From Rebecca billardiae RCC1528 (lineage: Eukaryota > Protista > Haptophyta): DNA of 64,000 nucleotides. A program made the position numbers and the translations under genes. Below the pieces are notes generated by a model. It saw only the letters and a list, made by a program, of their open reading frames with translations, was not told the origin of the DNA and ran no database searches. This document shows positions 33,488-45,254 of the stretch, piece after piece (positions within the stretch are counted from its first letter, which is position 1; each line of letters starts with the position of its first letter). The stretch covers positions 2,790,001 through 2,854,000 of the forward strand of contig OZ251223.1 of the NCBI GenBank assembly GCA_965240325.2. Reading direction: 5' to 3'.

Positions 33488-35815
33488 ATGATCGCGCGCG
33501 CCCACTCCATCGACTTCACTCGCCGCGTCGCCCCGGCGCGTCTCGACCGCAACGGCGGCGCCGCCCCCCTCCCACCGGCGCGCCCGCTCTCCGCCCTTCA
33601 CGACGCGGACGTGCTCGCCCACCTGTTCTCGTCCGGCTTCATGCCGGTGGCGAGCGCGTGGCGCTGCCGCCGCGTGTGCCGCGTGTGGGCGCGCGCGATC
33701 CGCGACGCCTCGCTCTACACGCCCGCCCTCGCGCTGCCGGCGGAGCGGCTGCCGCTCGACTCCACCGCGCCCACGTTTGTTGCTGAGCTCGACCTCTCTG
33801 GCTGCACTGGCCTCGACGATGCCAACTGCTCGCAGCTGATGGGGCTACTGGAGTGGCGCCCGCCGACCGCCGCCCTCGGCACCGAGCTCGCGATCAGCGT
33901 GCGGCTCGACGGCTGCACCTGGCTGCGAGCGCGCATCCCGTCGCTCGTCTGGGCGCACGCGCCGCGGCGAGTGCGCAACCGGCACGTGGCGTCGCGCGGC
34001 GGCACCGTCACGCTGCGGCACATCTCGCTGCGCGACTGCGTGTCGCTCGACCTCTCGACGCTGGCGGCGATGCTCTGCGCGCCGCTGCGTATCTCGGGCA
34101 AGGCCGAGCACGGCGGCACGGGCGGGCTCGGCAGCGCAGGCATCGTGACGCTCGACCTGGCCGGCTGCACGGGCGTGCGCGGCGCGCTCGCCGGCGTGCT
34201 CGGCACCCTGTGCCCGCAGCTGCGCCACCTGGACGTGAGCGGCCTGGGCGCGCTCAGCGCGGGCGTGCCCTCCGCGCCCGCCGAGCGCCTCGCCGCCGCG
34301 GCGGCGGCCGCCGCGCGGCAGAGCCCGGCGGCGCAGCCCGCCCTCGCGCGGTCCTTTTCCGAGGGCGGCGCGGGCGCGGGCCGTCCGCGCGCGGCCAGCC
34401 TGAGCAGCTCGCTCGGCGCCGGCTCGAGCGGTGCGGATCCGTCCGCACCGGCGCCGGCAGCGGTGGACGTGCGTGGGTACTCCTCGCTGCTGCGCACGCT
34501 CGGCCGCTCGCTCGTCTCGCTCACGCTCGACCGCACGCCCCTGGGCGACAGCGGGATGCGCGCGCTCGCCGACGCGGCCGACGGCGCCTCTCGCACTCGG
34601 CTGCCGGCCATCACGCTGCCCCTGCAGCACCTCAGCCTGTGCGGCTGCGGGCTGAGCGCCGACGGCGTGCGCGCGCTCGTGCGCGCGCTCACGCCGCCCG
34701 CCTCAGCACCGCCCCCGCCGCTCCCCCCGCCGCCGCCGCTGCCGCCCGCGCTCGCGGCCGCGGGCGACGCTGAGCTGGTCGAGGCCGCCTTGGCAGACGC
34801 GCTCGGCGCGCTGGCGGCGCACGAGGCGGTGCCGCCGCCGCCGCCGCCCGCGCCGGTGGCGGCGCTGCAGCTGCGCGCGCTGCGGCTCGCGGGGAACGCG
34901 CGCATCTCCGACGAGCGCGCCCTCGCCGAGCTGCTCTGCGCGCCGGGCGCGTGCGCGCTCGAGACGCTCGACGTGTCGGCCAGCTCTTTCGGGTGGCGCC
35001 GGCCGGGCGCGGCCGCGGCGGCAGAGCGGCCGAGCGCGAGCCTGTGCGCCGCCATCGTGAGACACCCGGCCCTCCGGCTTGTGCGCGCGCGCGCGTGCGA
35101 CGGGCTCGGGGCGGGCGTGCTCGCAGCGCTCGCGGACGCGCGCTGGGCGATCGAGACGCCGCCGCCGATGCTGCCCGCCGACGCGTTTGCGCTCGCGCGA
35201 GACGGCGCGCTCTGGCCCGCGCCCGCAGCCGGGGGGCCGGACGCGCCGCCGTGCATCGAGGCAGACCCGCCTCCGCTCGAGGAGGAGGAGGCCGCCGACG
35301 CCGCGGAGCGCGCTCTGGCCAGTGGCGCGCTCACCGCCGGCACCGGCCTCGCGGCCGTGCGCGCCGCGCGCGCGCGTGGACGCGCGCAGGCGACGCCGTC
35401 GCCGGGGTCGGCCGAGCACTCTCGGCACGCGGGCGCGGGCGCAGGCGCAGGCGAGCCTCCACCCGCCGCGCGCTCGCTGCACTTCTCGCCCGTGCGGCCC
35501 GTCGAGCCCGCTGCGCCGCCTTCGGAGCCCCCGCGCGACGCCGCTGCCGCGATGCGGGCGATGATCGCCGCCGCGACGCCCGCCCCGAAGGATGAGGACG
35601 CCCCCTCATCCGCGCCCACGCGTCCCGGGACGCGCCCGGCTCAGCAATCCTCAGCAGCTCGCGCGGCCAAAGCCAGCGGCGCGGGCCAGCCGGATACCGG
35701 CACAAGCCGTGCCGCCATGCCAACAAAGCAGCGTCGCTCCGCGGGCACCACGGCCGGGGACGACGAAGACGACGGGCAACGTACCACTTTCCGAGCGAGC
35801 TGGCTCCGCAGGTGA
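33488..35815 (+). CDS. F-box/LRR-repeat protein
   Basis: F-box-like DVLAHLF..CRRVCRVW and several LxxLDLSGC-type repeats (ELDLSGC, TLDLAGC, LRHLDVSG, LQHLSLCGC, LETLDVS). Confidence 0.75.
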   Translation: MIARAHSIDFTRRVAPARLDRNGGAAPLPPARPLSALHDADVLAHLFSSGFMPVASAWRCRRVCRVWARAIRDASLYTPALALPAERLPLDSTAPTFVAELDLSGCTGLDDANCSQLMGLLEWRPPTAALGTELAISVRLDGCTWLRARIPSLVWAHAPRRVRNRHVASRGGTVTLRHISLRDCVSLDLSTLAAMLCAPLRISGKAEHGGTGGLGSAGIVTLDLAGCTGVRGALAGVLGTLCPQLRHLDVSGLGALSAGVPSAPAERLAAAAAAAARQSPAAQPALARSFSEGGAGAGRPRAASLSSSLGAGSSGADPSAPAPAAVDVRGYSSLLRTLGRSLVSLTLDRTPLGDSGMRALADAADGASRTRLPAITLPLQHLSLCGCGLSADGVRALVRALTPPASAPPPPLPPPPPLPPALAAAGDAELVEAALADALGALAAHEAVPPPPPPAPVAALQLRALRLAGNARISDERALAELLCAPGACALETLDVSASSFGWRRPGAAAAAERPSASLCAAIVRHPALRLVRARACDGLGAGVLAALADARWAIETPPPMLPADAFALARDGALWPAPAAGGPDAPPCIEADPPPLEEEEAADAAERALASGALTAGTGLAAVRAARARGRAQATPSPGSAEHSRHAGAGAGAGEPPPAARSLHFSPVRPVEPAAPPSEPPRDAAAAMRAMIAAATPAPKDEDAPSSAPTRPGTRPAQQSSAARAAKASGAGQPDTGTSRAAMPTKQRRSAGTTAGDDEDDGQRTTFRASWLRR

Positions 35816-35971
35816 TCTACGATATGACGATAAGTATAACGACGCGCACGACCTAAATTTAAAATCTAAATCCACCTACAAAATCCCCATAAAGTCCTGC
35901 GCATACTACATCCGAATAACTAAGCTGATGCTACTCGATCTGTATTTTTGATTATTTTGCGCGGAGCACGT

Positions 35972-36006
35972 GCCCCCCCCCCCCCCCCCCCCCTCCCCCC
36001 CCCCCC
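35972..36006 (+). repeat. Poly-C tract
   Basis: About 35 nt of almost pure C. Confidence 0.9.
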
Positions 36007-36249
36007 GGCTTTCGCTCACGCTCAGACCTTTCGAATTTGGCCCTTACTGATTCGGGGGGGCCGTGGGCGTGGTCGGGCCGTGCGGCCCGTGCGCCATGAC
36101 GGCCATATGATCGTCGATGATGATATATATGATGCTGATAGATGCGCTGAGACTGATTCTGATGATGTGCTAGTATACAAATGCAGCCCAGGCCGAGCGG
36201 GCGCTGCGCCTCTGGGACACGGGCCGGCCTCGAGGGCGAGCCCGATGGT

Positions 36250-37884
36250 TCAGTTGGTGACCGCCTGGCCAACCACGTGCCCCGTCGAGAGGATCATGGC
36301 GGCAAATCCAAGGCCGAGCAGCAGCGAGAACGCACGCTGCTCGAGCTCGACGGGGGCCGTGCTCTCAGAGCCGACGCCGAGGGAAGTCCACGTGTCCAGC
36401 CAGTTGTGCGCGCCTCGTCGCTCGCCGAGGCCCAGCCCGATGGCCGCGGGCACGATGTAGATGATGGTCGTGCCCAGGAGGGCGCCGCGCAGCGCGACGA
36501 CAAGCAGCATTTCAGACGCGCCCGCGAGCGCGAGCGATGTGGTCGTGACAAAGAGCGCGAGGGCGAGCCTTGTGTCCACCTCCTCCGAGGAGAGCCTCGG
36601 AGGCGGCTCGGCGGCCTCCCGCCGCGGCTCCTGCGAGGGCAGCGCGAAGGTCGGCGGCGGCAGACCCGCCACCGGTGCGCCGAGTGCGCCGGCCACCTGC
36701 TCGCCCACGTGGCCGGAGGTGAGCAGCCCGCGCAGCGCGAGCATCATCAGCAGGTACGACGACAGCACGCCCGCGGCGGTGGCGAGCTGCGCGCCCATCG
36801 CGAGCGGGTCGGACGGCGCGAACGAGCTCAGCGCGAAGTCGGAGACAGCGCCCGCGAAGAGCGAGTGCGACGCGCTGATCACTGCGCCGTACAGCAGCAC
36901 CGCCGCGCCGAACGCGCCCGCCGTCACGCCGCTGAAGCGCAGCGGCGTGCTGTCTTCGAGCTCAGCGTAGTAGCGCGGCACGTCGCAGTGGCACATGTAC
37001 GCAGTCGACATGGAGGCGACCACGGCGAGCCACGGGGCGGAGGCACCAGTGCTCGAGGCCGCGTGCGCCGACGCGTCCGAGACGGATGTCGCCGCAGCGA
37101 GCGCCGCGTCCGAGTCGTAGAAGTAGGCGCCGCCCGGGGCGTACGTGCCATCGCACGCGCGCGTCAGCACGAGGCCGACCGAGAGCGCCTTGGCGACGAC
37201 GCCGCCGATGGAGCTCGGCGTGAGCGAGGCGAGGTCACGCCAGGCGAGCACGCCGAGCAGCAGCGGCGGCGCCATCATGAGCACGGCGATCCGGTGCGGA
37301 TCCTCGGCGAGCCACGCGCTGTGCTCGTTGAGCAGTGCGGCAGCCGCGCTGTGCGCGACAAAGGGCTCGAGCAACTCGCCCAGCGCGATCTGGTACTGCG
37401 CGCACGAGCCGAGCGCGTACGCTGCCACGATGAGCTGCACGAGCTGCGCCGGTGCGCGCAGGGGCGGGCCTGCTTGCTGCCACAGCTCGTCGAGCGACTT
37501 GGCGCCGGTCCGCTCGCAGAACAGGCCAATGAGCGCAAAGGTCGCGGCAGAGCCCGCGCCCAGCGCCGCGAGGAAGCCCAGCGTCGTCAGGAGCGGCAGC
37601 TCGCGGGCCGATGCGGGGATGCAGAAGAGCCCTGTACCGATCATCATGTTGAAGATCGCGCCAGAGACTGCGAGCGGTGAGAGGCCGCGCGTCTCACTGC
37701 GCGAGGCGGAGCGCGCCGGCTTCCCGTCGACAGGCATCTCGAGCATTGCGGCGCACGCACGCGGGGCGCGCGCCGAGCGGACGGCCGACACGTGCGGCCG
37801 ATAGCCGTGGCCGGGCGCGCGAAGACCCGCCCCGCCCTGAGCGCACAGGGCGGCCGCGAGGACAGCGCACACCACGCGGCCCAT
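36250..37884 (-). CDS. Amino-acid transporter (AAAP/SLC38-like), possibly with a bipartite plastid-targeting presequence
   Basis: AIFNMMIGTGLFCIP TM1 motif, about 11 hydrophobic segments, AYMCH, and GALLGTTIIYIVPA. The N-terminus has a signal-like segment followed by an R/S/A-rich segment. Confidence 0.85.
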   Translation of the reverse strand: MGRVVCAVLAAALCAQGGAGLRAPGHGYRPHVSAVRSARAPRACAAMLEMPVDGKPARSASRSETRGLSPLAVSGAIFNMMIGTGLFCIPASARELPLLTTLGFLAALGAGSAATFALIGLFCERTGAKSLDELWQQAGPPLRAPAQLVQLIVAAYALGSCAQYQIALGELLEPFVAHSAAAALLNEHSAWLAEDPHRIAVLMMAPPLLLGVLAWRDLASLTPSSIGGVVAKALSVGLVLTRACDGTYAPGGAYFYDSDAALAAATSVSDASAHAASSTGASAPWLAVVASMSTAYMCHCDVPRYYAELEDSTPLRFSGVTAGAFGAAVLLYGAVISASHSLFAGAVSDFALSSFAPSDPLAMGAQLATAAGVLSSYLLMMLALRGLLTSGHVGEQVAGALGAPVAGLPPPTFALPSQEPRREAAEPPPRLSSEEVDTRLALALFVTTTSLALAGASEMLLVVALRGALLGTTIIYIVPAAIGLGLGERRGAHNWLDTWTSLGVGSESTAPVELEQRAFSLLLGLGFAAMILSTGHVVGQAVTN

Positions 37885-38061
37885 TCCGTTGGAATGGTAC
37901 CCGCCCACCTCCGCCCGGGCCGGCGGCGGCGGGGCGGCGGCGGCGCCTGGCTGGAGAGACAACTGGCTGCTGGGAGAATGATGGCTTATGGGCTTATGGC
38001 CAGGGTACATAATTGTATGGGGGTACTACCCACTTTTGAAGTTGAGTATTACTCATCCACG

Positions 38062-39081
38062 ATGGCAGCCGCGCGGAATCCTCGCTGCTCGCTCACTACT
38101 ACGAGCTTACTGCTCGTGGTCGTGCGCGCGAGTGGCGCGGACGAGGCGAAGAGGTTTGTCCTCCTCTCCACGCAGCACAGCGGCACTCACTTTGTGAGAA
38201 GCGTACTGTCGCAGTGCCCTGGGCTGCTGATGGGCAACGAGATCCTGGCGACCAAGTCTGACAACAATAGGCGTTGTCGTCGGCCACGCGCGAGCCCAGG
38301 GCACCACGCGTATGGTGCGGGGGCGCTGGGCGTGATGGATCGATTCTGGGGGCTCGCGCCCTTCGAGGACCCGCGCATGCGGCCCGACCCGGCGGCGTCT
38401 ACGCGCGGCAGCTCAGCTGAGAGCTGCGTGATCCACGGGTATGACGGCACGCTCGGCACGCCTGCCGAGGCGGATGCCGCCGTCCGTGGGGCGACTGCCC
38501 TCGGCTTTCTGTGGCAAATGGCGCAGGGGTGGTGGCCGCTCGACGAATGGCTCGAGCCGCTGCGGCAGCGCGGTGTGCGCGTGCTGCTGCTCTCGCGTGC
38601 CAACGTCATCGCGCACGCAATGGCCTCCTCAAACCTCAAAAAAAACAGCACTCGCGCCGGGGACGAAGCGGCGGTGCCAGGCGTTGCGCAGATGCTGGTG
38701 AGAATGAGCAAACGTGGGGCGGATCTCGCGCAGCTGCGCAGCGCAGAGGCGCAACTGCGTGCCCACAACGTGTCTGTCCTCCCGCTCACGTACGAGCTCC
38801 TGCTTGCGCGTCCAGGGGAGGAGTTCGCGCGCGCCCTGCGCTTCATCGGTGCCGATCCCGCCGCGCGCAGGCTCGACGACGGCACCGTCCGCTGTCGGGA
38901 AGCGAATGTGAGCATCAGCTTTGGCACCAAACACCACACTCGCACGCCATGGGAGTACTTTCTGCGCTCGAAGAGCGACGACCAGGTCGCGGTGCAGGTG
39001 CTGCGGCAGTGCAGGGAGATGCACCCGCCTGTCTGCAGGGCGTGCATGCTCGACGACTCCTGCAGCTCGGGCTATGCCTAG
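38062..39081 (+). CDS. Secretory-pathway PAPS-dependent sulfotransferase (Stf0/NodH-like)
   Basis: RFVLLSTQHSGTHFVRSVL (5'-PSB-like), GNEIL, LLSRANVIAHAMAS (3'-PB-like) and LTYELL. Hydrophobic N-terminus. Confidence 0.72.
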   Translation: MAAARNPRCSLTTTSLLLVVVRASGADEAKRFVLLSTQHSGTHFVRSVLSQCPGLLMGNEILATKSDNNRRCRRPRASPGHHAYGAGALGVMDRFWGLAPFEDPRMRPDPAASTRGSSAESCVIHGYDGTLGTPAEADAAVRGATALGFLWQMAQGWWPLDEWLEPLRQRGVRVLLLSRANVIAHAMASSNLKKNSTRAGDEAAVPGVAQMLVRMSKRGADLAQLRSAEAQLRAHNVSVLPLTYELLLARPGEEFARALRFIGADPAARRLDDGTVRCREANVSISFGTKHHTRTPWEYFLRSKSDDQVAVQVLRQCREMHPPVCRACMLDDSCSSGYA

Positions 39082-39403
39082 CAGTAGAACGACTGCGTCT
39101 GCTTCACGTAAGCTACGTAGTACGTACTTACTGTTGCACGCGGCCTGCTGCATGTCGACACAATGCTGCATGTCGCGTGGCGGCGAGTCGCTCGAGCTGA
39201 TGCGCTTAGTGATCGGCGCTAGCAGCGCAATATATACGACATCAGCAGCGCGATGACAGTAGTACCTATACCGCGCGCAGTAGCCATCAGTGGGTAAATT
39301 ATTAGCTTCAAAGACAAAGGGCCGGAAGGCGGAATCGGCCGGATCGCCCGGTCATCAGCTGGGCCTGGGGCGAATCCTGCTCACAGCACTACTGGATCGT
39401 ACG

Positions 39404-42400
39404 TCACGTGATGGTCCGCCTCCTCGGGGGCAGCGTTTGCACCTCGGGCTCGGCCGCCTCGGCGGCGTCGGTGTCGCACGCTGGGCCTGGGTGGTCTCGG
39501 CCCCGAGCGGGCGTCCCTACGCTGATGCGCCGCGCGAGCGCACGCATCACACCGCCCAGCGCGTGCCCTCCCGCCTCAGCCACCTCCGCGGCCGCGCCGA
39601 GCACCGGCCGCGCCACCTTGCTCGCCGCGTTGGCCACGTCCTGAGCGGTGAGCGGCGAGTCCTCGAGCGGCCCGATCACGTGCTGCAGGTCGATCTCCGG
39701 CAGCCAGCGCACGCACAGGCGCCCCCAGAGCAGCCCGTTGGGCCTGCCCGTGCGCACGACGCGCGCGCGGAAGCGCCCATCGCTCGCCGCGCGCCACGCG
39801 CCGTCGTCGCTGTCCATCGGCCGCAGCACCGGCGAGGCTGGCGAGGCGGCGGCGGCGGATGAGGGCGAAGGCGCGCTGAGCGGGAGCATGCAGCTGCCCA
39901 GGTTGATCAGCCCGCGCACCGGGTCGTCCTCGGCGACGATCACACTGAGCTGCTGCAGCTCCAGCGCCCTGCGCGCGCGGCAGCGGCCGAGGAGGGGGCG
40001 GCGGCGGCGGCGCTGCTCGCGTCAGCCGAGCGCGCACGCGCGCACGGCGCGGCGCGGCAAAAGTGGGCGCGCCGCGCGCGCACCACGCGTGCACGGCGAT
40101 CGGCCCGACCGTCAGCGTCGCCGCTCGCGCCGGCTGCATGAACGGCGAGCCTGGGTGCGCCGCGCCGAGCGCCGCGTCGACGGCGGCGAGGCTGGGCGCG
40201 CCCTCGAGGGCGACACCGTGCCAGTCGGAGAGCTGCGCGCTCAGCTCCGTGTCCGCGTCCATGAACGGCGCGGCGACGCGCACGACGATGTTCCGGTTGC
40301 GCGCTGCGCGGCCGGCGGCCGCGACCGTCGCAGGCAGCGCGCGCGCGCGTGCGCGGTGTGTGAGCTGGGCGCGCCGACGGCCTGCGCGCGCGCGCGCGCG
40401 CGCATGGCTGGGCACGCGCGCGGCGGGCGGCCGCGCGCGGCGCCGCGCGCGCACCTGCGCCCTCCTGCCGCGCGGGCGTCCAGCGCAGCTGCTGCAGGTC
40501 GATGAGGAGGGGGCGCGGGTGCGCGGGCGTGAAGCGCGCCGGCGGCGCGCGGAGCAGCACGCTGAGCGCGCGGCACTCGACGGCGGACGACGCATCCCAG
40601 CGCGTCGACGCCGGCTGCGCCGCGGCGGCCGGCTCTGCAGTCGAGCCGCCAACACCGGCGCGGGGAGCCGCGCCTGCGCCCATCGGCGCGTCGTGAGGCC
40701 CGTCGGCGCGATCCTCCCGCGCGTGCTCGGCCACGCCCACGCTGCGCACGTCTCCGCACACGGCGGGCGCCGAGTGCACGGCGAACACGTGCGCGGCACC
40801 CTCGGCGTGCGCGGCTGGCGCGGCCTCGGCGGCGGGCGGCAGCACGGACGCGGGCGGCGGCGCGGGCGCGAGCGGCACGAAGCCGCAGGGCACGCCGCCC
40901 GGCATGTCGCGCAGCAGCGGGCAGGGCTGACCGAGGAGCACAGAGTGCTGGAACTGCGTGTGCCACGGCGTGTGCTCGAGCCCGACCGAGAGGCTGTCGC
41001 CGTCCAGCACAGCGCTCAGCTCGGACGCGAGCGCGTCGGCCGCGCCGCCGGCGGCGGCGGCGCCGCCGCCGCCGCCGGTGCCGCGCCGGCCGCCATCGCG
41101 CCCGCTGCCGCTCGCATCGGACTCGCTGGCGTCCGAGCCCGCGCCCGCGCCCGGCTCGCCGGCGGCGCGCGCGCCGCTCGCGGGCAGGTCGACGCCGACA
41201 AAGCAGAGGGAAGTGAGGCCGCACTGCAGCGCGACGCATGCCGCCCCTCCGCGCGGCTGCGTGTGCGCGCCCGCGCCGCGCGGCAGCCCGAGGCGCCTGC
41301 GCCCGCGGCTGCGCGCGCCGGCCGCGCCGGCGCGCGCCGCGTACGCCGCCGTCTCGATGGAGTGCACGCGCGGCGCGAGGTCAGCGCGCACGAGCCCGCT
41401 GAGGCGCAGCCCGCGCACCGCCGTCGTCGCAAACAGCACGTGCGTCGGTGCGAACGCGCGCAGCAGCAGCCGACCCCATTCCTCCTCGGCCACGGGGCAG
41501 CGCAGCGCGCACACGACCACCACGCTCGTCTCTGCGCGGACGAGCGCGAGGAGCCGCGCGATCGCGGCGGAGCAGCGCTCGGAGGCGGCGGCCTCGCCGC
41601 CACCAGGCTCGGCGTCCGCGCCGTCGGCCGCGCCGCCTCTCGCCGCGCCGCGCGCCGCCTCGCTCACGACGTCCAGGTCGATGCTCGCGCACAGCACGGC
41701 GTGCGAGGCGCACGCGCTGTCGGCGGCGGCGCGGCTCGAGGCGGCGAGGGCGGCGTGCGCGGCGCCCGGGCTCGGCGGCGCGGCGCCCGGCGGCGCGGCG
41801 CGCGGCGGGCTGCGCGGCGCGGGCGGCGGCGCGGCGCCCGCGTGCGCGCCGTCCGCGCCGTCCGGCGCGCCCGGCGGCAGCTCTGCGGCTGAGGCCTGCA
41901 GCGTGTGCAGCAGCGCGGCAAAGAGCTCGCGCACGGCCGCGCTCGGGCACTGCACGTCGAGGAACGAGACGGCGGCCGCGGCGGGCGAGAACTTGAGCCG
42001 GATACGCCGGCGGTCCACCGGCGAGCGCTCCGCGGCGAGCAGCGCGCGCACGCTCACGCGCCGCTTGAGACCGTCTCGCGTCCAGTACGTGAGCGCGGCG
42101 CGCGGCTGGTCGAGCTTGATGTACGCCTCGCGCACCTCGCCGCCCGAGCGGCCGACGAGCTGGATGCCGAAGACGGCGGTGCGCGCCGAGGCGTCGGCGA
42201 GGCCGGCGGCGGGCGCGGCGGGCGGGGCCACGCCGCCGCCGCCGCCCGCCTCCGCGCGCGCGCGCGCGCCGCCCAGCCCGCCCGCTCCGCCGGCCTCGCG
42301 CGCGGCGGCGCGGCCCGCGGCCGGGCTGGTGGGCGCGGAGGCGGAGGCGGCGGCGGCGGCGTCCGTCGGCGCGGACGGGTCGGCGTCTCGCGCGGCGGAG

Positions 42401-44520
42401 CCCTCGGAGAGGTTCTCCTGCCGCCGCGCGCCCACGCCGAGCTCGGCGAACGGCGCGTGCGTGTGCAGCGAGTGCGCCACCACGTCCAGCTGCAGCTCTG
42501 CGGTGAAGAGGTCGACCACGTCCTGCTTGGCGCCGTCTCGGAAGTGGTTGACGTAGTAGCGGAGGACGGAGGAGGTGCCGTCGGTGAGCAGGCCGCCGAC
42601 GGTGCGCCGGCCGGAGCGCGTCACGTCGGAGCGCAGCGCGCCCGTCCCCGTGTACTGGATCGCCAGCGCGTCGCCGTTGTTCGCCCAGCATTCCTTGAAG
42701 GCGCCGTCCAGCAGCGCGCACGCGCCGAGCTGCTGGCCCGCCCTCAGCACGCCCAGCTCGAGCAGCGCGCGCTCGAGGTGGAGGCGGGCGAGCAGGGACT
42801 GCGCGACGTTGGTGCGGTCGAGGCAGTCGATGCAGTTCGTGCGCACCACGCCCGCCTGCGTCTGCACCAGCCGCGCCGTCTCGAGCGGGCTGCTCGCGCC
42901 GACGTTGCACGCGGCCGCGCTGCGCGCGCTCACGGTCGCGTCGACCGCGAGCCCTCCGATCGCGAGCAGCTCCTCGTCGAGCTCGGCGGCGAGCTCGAGG
43001 AGGGGCTGGAGCTGCGCGCCCTTGCACCGCGCGTGCATGTCGAACCCGACGTACCGCACGCCGCCCACCCCCGCCATGTGCACGAACGTGCGGTACGCGG
43101 CCGTGAGCGCGCCCTCGCGCCCCGCCTGGCTCGCGAGGTTGACGAGCACCACGCGCCCGTACACGCGCACGAGCTCGCGCAGGTGGAGCGAGAGCGCGGG
43201 CAGCGACTCGAGCGCGGACATGTGCACGCGGGGCGGCGCGCCGTTGCGCCCGAAGAGCGAGGTGGGCTGCTGCCACAGCAGCGGGATCGAGCCGCGCAGC
43301 TGCACGTACGAGCGGATCGCCACGCGCACCGACGGCGGCGCGCCCTCGTCCGCGTCGGCCGGCGCGCCGCCCGCGCGCACGGCGACGATCGCGCACTCGG
43401 TCTCGACCTGGTTGCCCACGCTGCCGCGCGCGTCGGCGCCGCGCGTGTGGAAGCGCTGCCCCGCGCGGAGGCGCGAGCGGCGCGAGATCAGCACGAGCTG
43501 CAGCAGGCTGATGCTCTCCGCCTCCGCGCCGCCGCCGTCCGCGCCGCCGCCGCCTTCCGCGGGCGGCGGCGGCGGCGCGGCGGCGCCGCCGCCGGACGCG
43601 GCCGTCGCCGCGCGCTCGCGCAGCTCGGCGCCGTGCACCAGGTCGATCTGCACGTACCCCTGCACGAGGGGCAGGGCCCACGCGTGCAGGTTCGCGTCGG
43701 TCAGCTCGCGCGCCACCTCCAGGTTGAAGAAGAAGCGCGGGTCCGCGCGCCGCCACATCGGCCGCGGCGCCGGGTGTGGCACGCCCTCGGCCGGCCGCCG
43801 GCTCTTCGGCGCCACCCACGGCTGCAGGCTCGCGTGCTGCAGCGTGCGCGTGAGGTCGAGGCAGTACGAGAAGAAGAAGGCGCCGCTCTGCAGCCACGCC
43901 TGCAGCTCCGACGCGAACTGCCGCTCCGAGCGCTGCTGCTCCGCCGTCAGCCCGCCGTCCTCCGCGTTGGTGAACGGGATGAGCTCGACGCCGCGCAGCT
44001 GCAGCACCGCGCACCCGAGCAGACGGCCGATGAGCTGGGCGTGCGTGATCACGATGAGGTACGGCCCGGCGAGGAGCTTGAGCACGCCGACCACGCCGAA
44101 CGCGCGGTGGCTCGAGTACGACTCGCGCCCCGCCGCCGCCGCCGCCGACACATGCTCGCGCGCGCTCGCCGCGTCGAGCAGGCCGAGCGTGCCGTGCGCG
44201 CGGTCGACCGCGAGCCACGCACCATCCGGGTGGCCGTCCGGCGCGCTGCGCGGCTGGAGCAGGAGGTGCGCGGCCGTGACGTGCAGCTGCATATTCGCGT
44301 GCGGGCGCAGCAGCCGCGACCCAGGCGGGTACGCGCTCTCCGGCCCGACGAGGTCAGGCGAGGGCTCGTCGCCGGACGAGCCGTCGCCGATGCCGGCGGA
44401 CACGAGCTCTTTGAGCCCACGCGTGATGCGGCCCCGCGCACGCCCGGCCATCTGGCCCGCCGAGGCCAGGTACGAGTCGGCCGAGAGGATCCCCACCGAC
44501 GGTCGCTGCGTCGGACGCAT
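39404..44520 (-). CDS. Sac1-domain phosphoinositide phosphatase, synaptojanin-like architecture; introns 40304-40454 and 39969-40083
   Basis: FFFSYCLDLT, RFFFN, LISRRSRLRAGQRFHTRGAD, SYVQLRGSIPLLW, catalytic RTNCIDCLDRTN and QYTGTGAL. A degenerate 5-phosphatase-like region and a C2-like region follow. Confidence 0.9.
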
Positions 44521-44750
44521 GGCGGCGGGCGGCCGTCCAGGACGCGCAGCTGGGCGCAGCCTGCAGCAGGCCGGCCGGGCGGCCGTACCAGTACGATGGC
44601 GGCGCTCGGGCGTGCGTCCGGTGATCAAACCTTGCAATGTGGTCCGGTTGGCGCGCCCGCCCGCGGTCGCTCGCCGGCGGGGCGGCCAACGAGCTTTTTG
44701 GCTTGGCGCGAGTGCTGGGTGGCTAGCGCCGGGCGCCGCCTACGACGGCC

Positions 44751-45254
44751 ATGTCACGCGAGGCAGTGCAGCAGATGATGGAGATGGGCATCCAGCGGGA
44801 CCAGGCTATTCTCGCCCTTCACCACGGCCGTGGTGATATTGGAGCTGCGCTCGACTGGATCGCCAACCCGACGCCGCCGGCACCCAAGGCGTCACCGTCA
44901 GCTGGAGCTGCCGATGACGCCCTCGCGCGCGCGCTGCAGCGCCAGCTGGACGACGAGGAGCTGGCGCGGCGGAAGCAACAGGAGCTCGACGATGAAGAGA
45001 TGGCCGCGGAGCTGCAGCGGCGCGCACGGGTCGCGGAAGAGGTCGCAGAGGCTGCCCAAGCAGCAGATGCTGCCCAAGCTGCGGTGAGGCGCAGGCCACC
45101 ACCAGGTCCGCCTCCGGGTCCACCTATGCCTGAGGGACCTGTCCTCTCAAAGAAACAGCGCGAGAACCAACGGAAGCGCGAGAAGGCCAGGAGAGAGAAG
45201 GAGCTCGTGCGAGAAGTCGCGCGCACCTCTACGCGTACAGCGGCTGAACTGTGA
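44751..45254 (+). CDS. Small UBA-domain protein with MIU-like DxxLAxxLQ motifs
   Basis: VQQMMEMGI..AILAL...GDIGAALDWI (UBA), then DDALARALQ, DEELARR and DEEMAAELQ, and a basic C-terminus. Confidence 0.75.
   Translation: MSREAVQQMMEMGIQRDQAILALHHGRGDIGAALDWIANPTPPAPKASPSAGAADDALARALQRQLDDEELARRKQQELDDEEMAAELQRRARVAEEVAEAAQAADAAQAAVRRRPPPGPPPGPPMPEGPVLSKKQRENQRKREKARREKELVREVARTSTRTAAEL

Noticed and set aside
35972-36060. Poly-C ... poly-G as MITE termini
   Set aside because: The complementarity is homopolymer only, with no TSD or second copy in the window.
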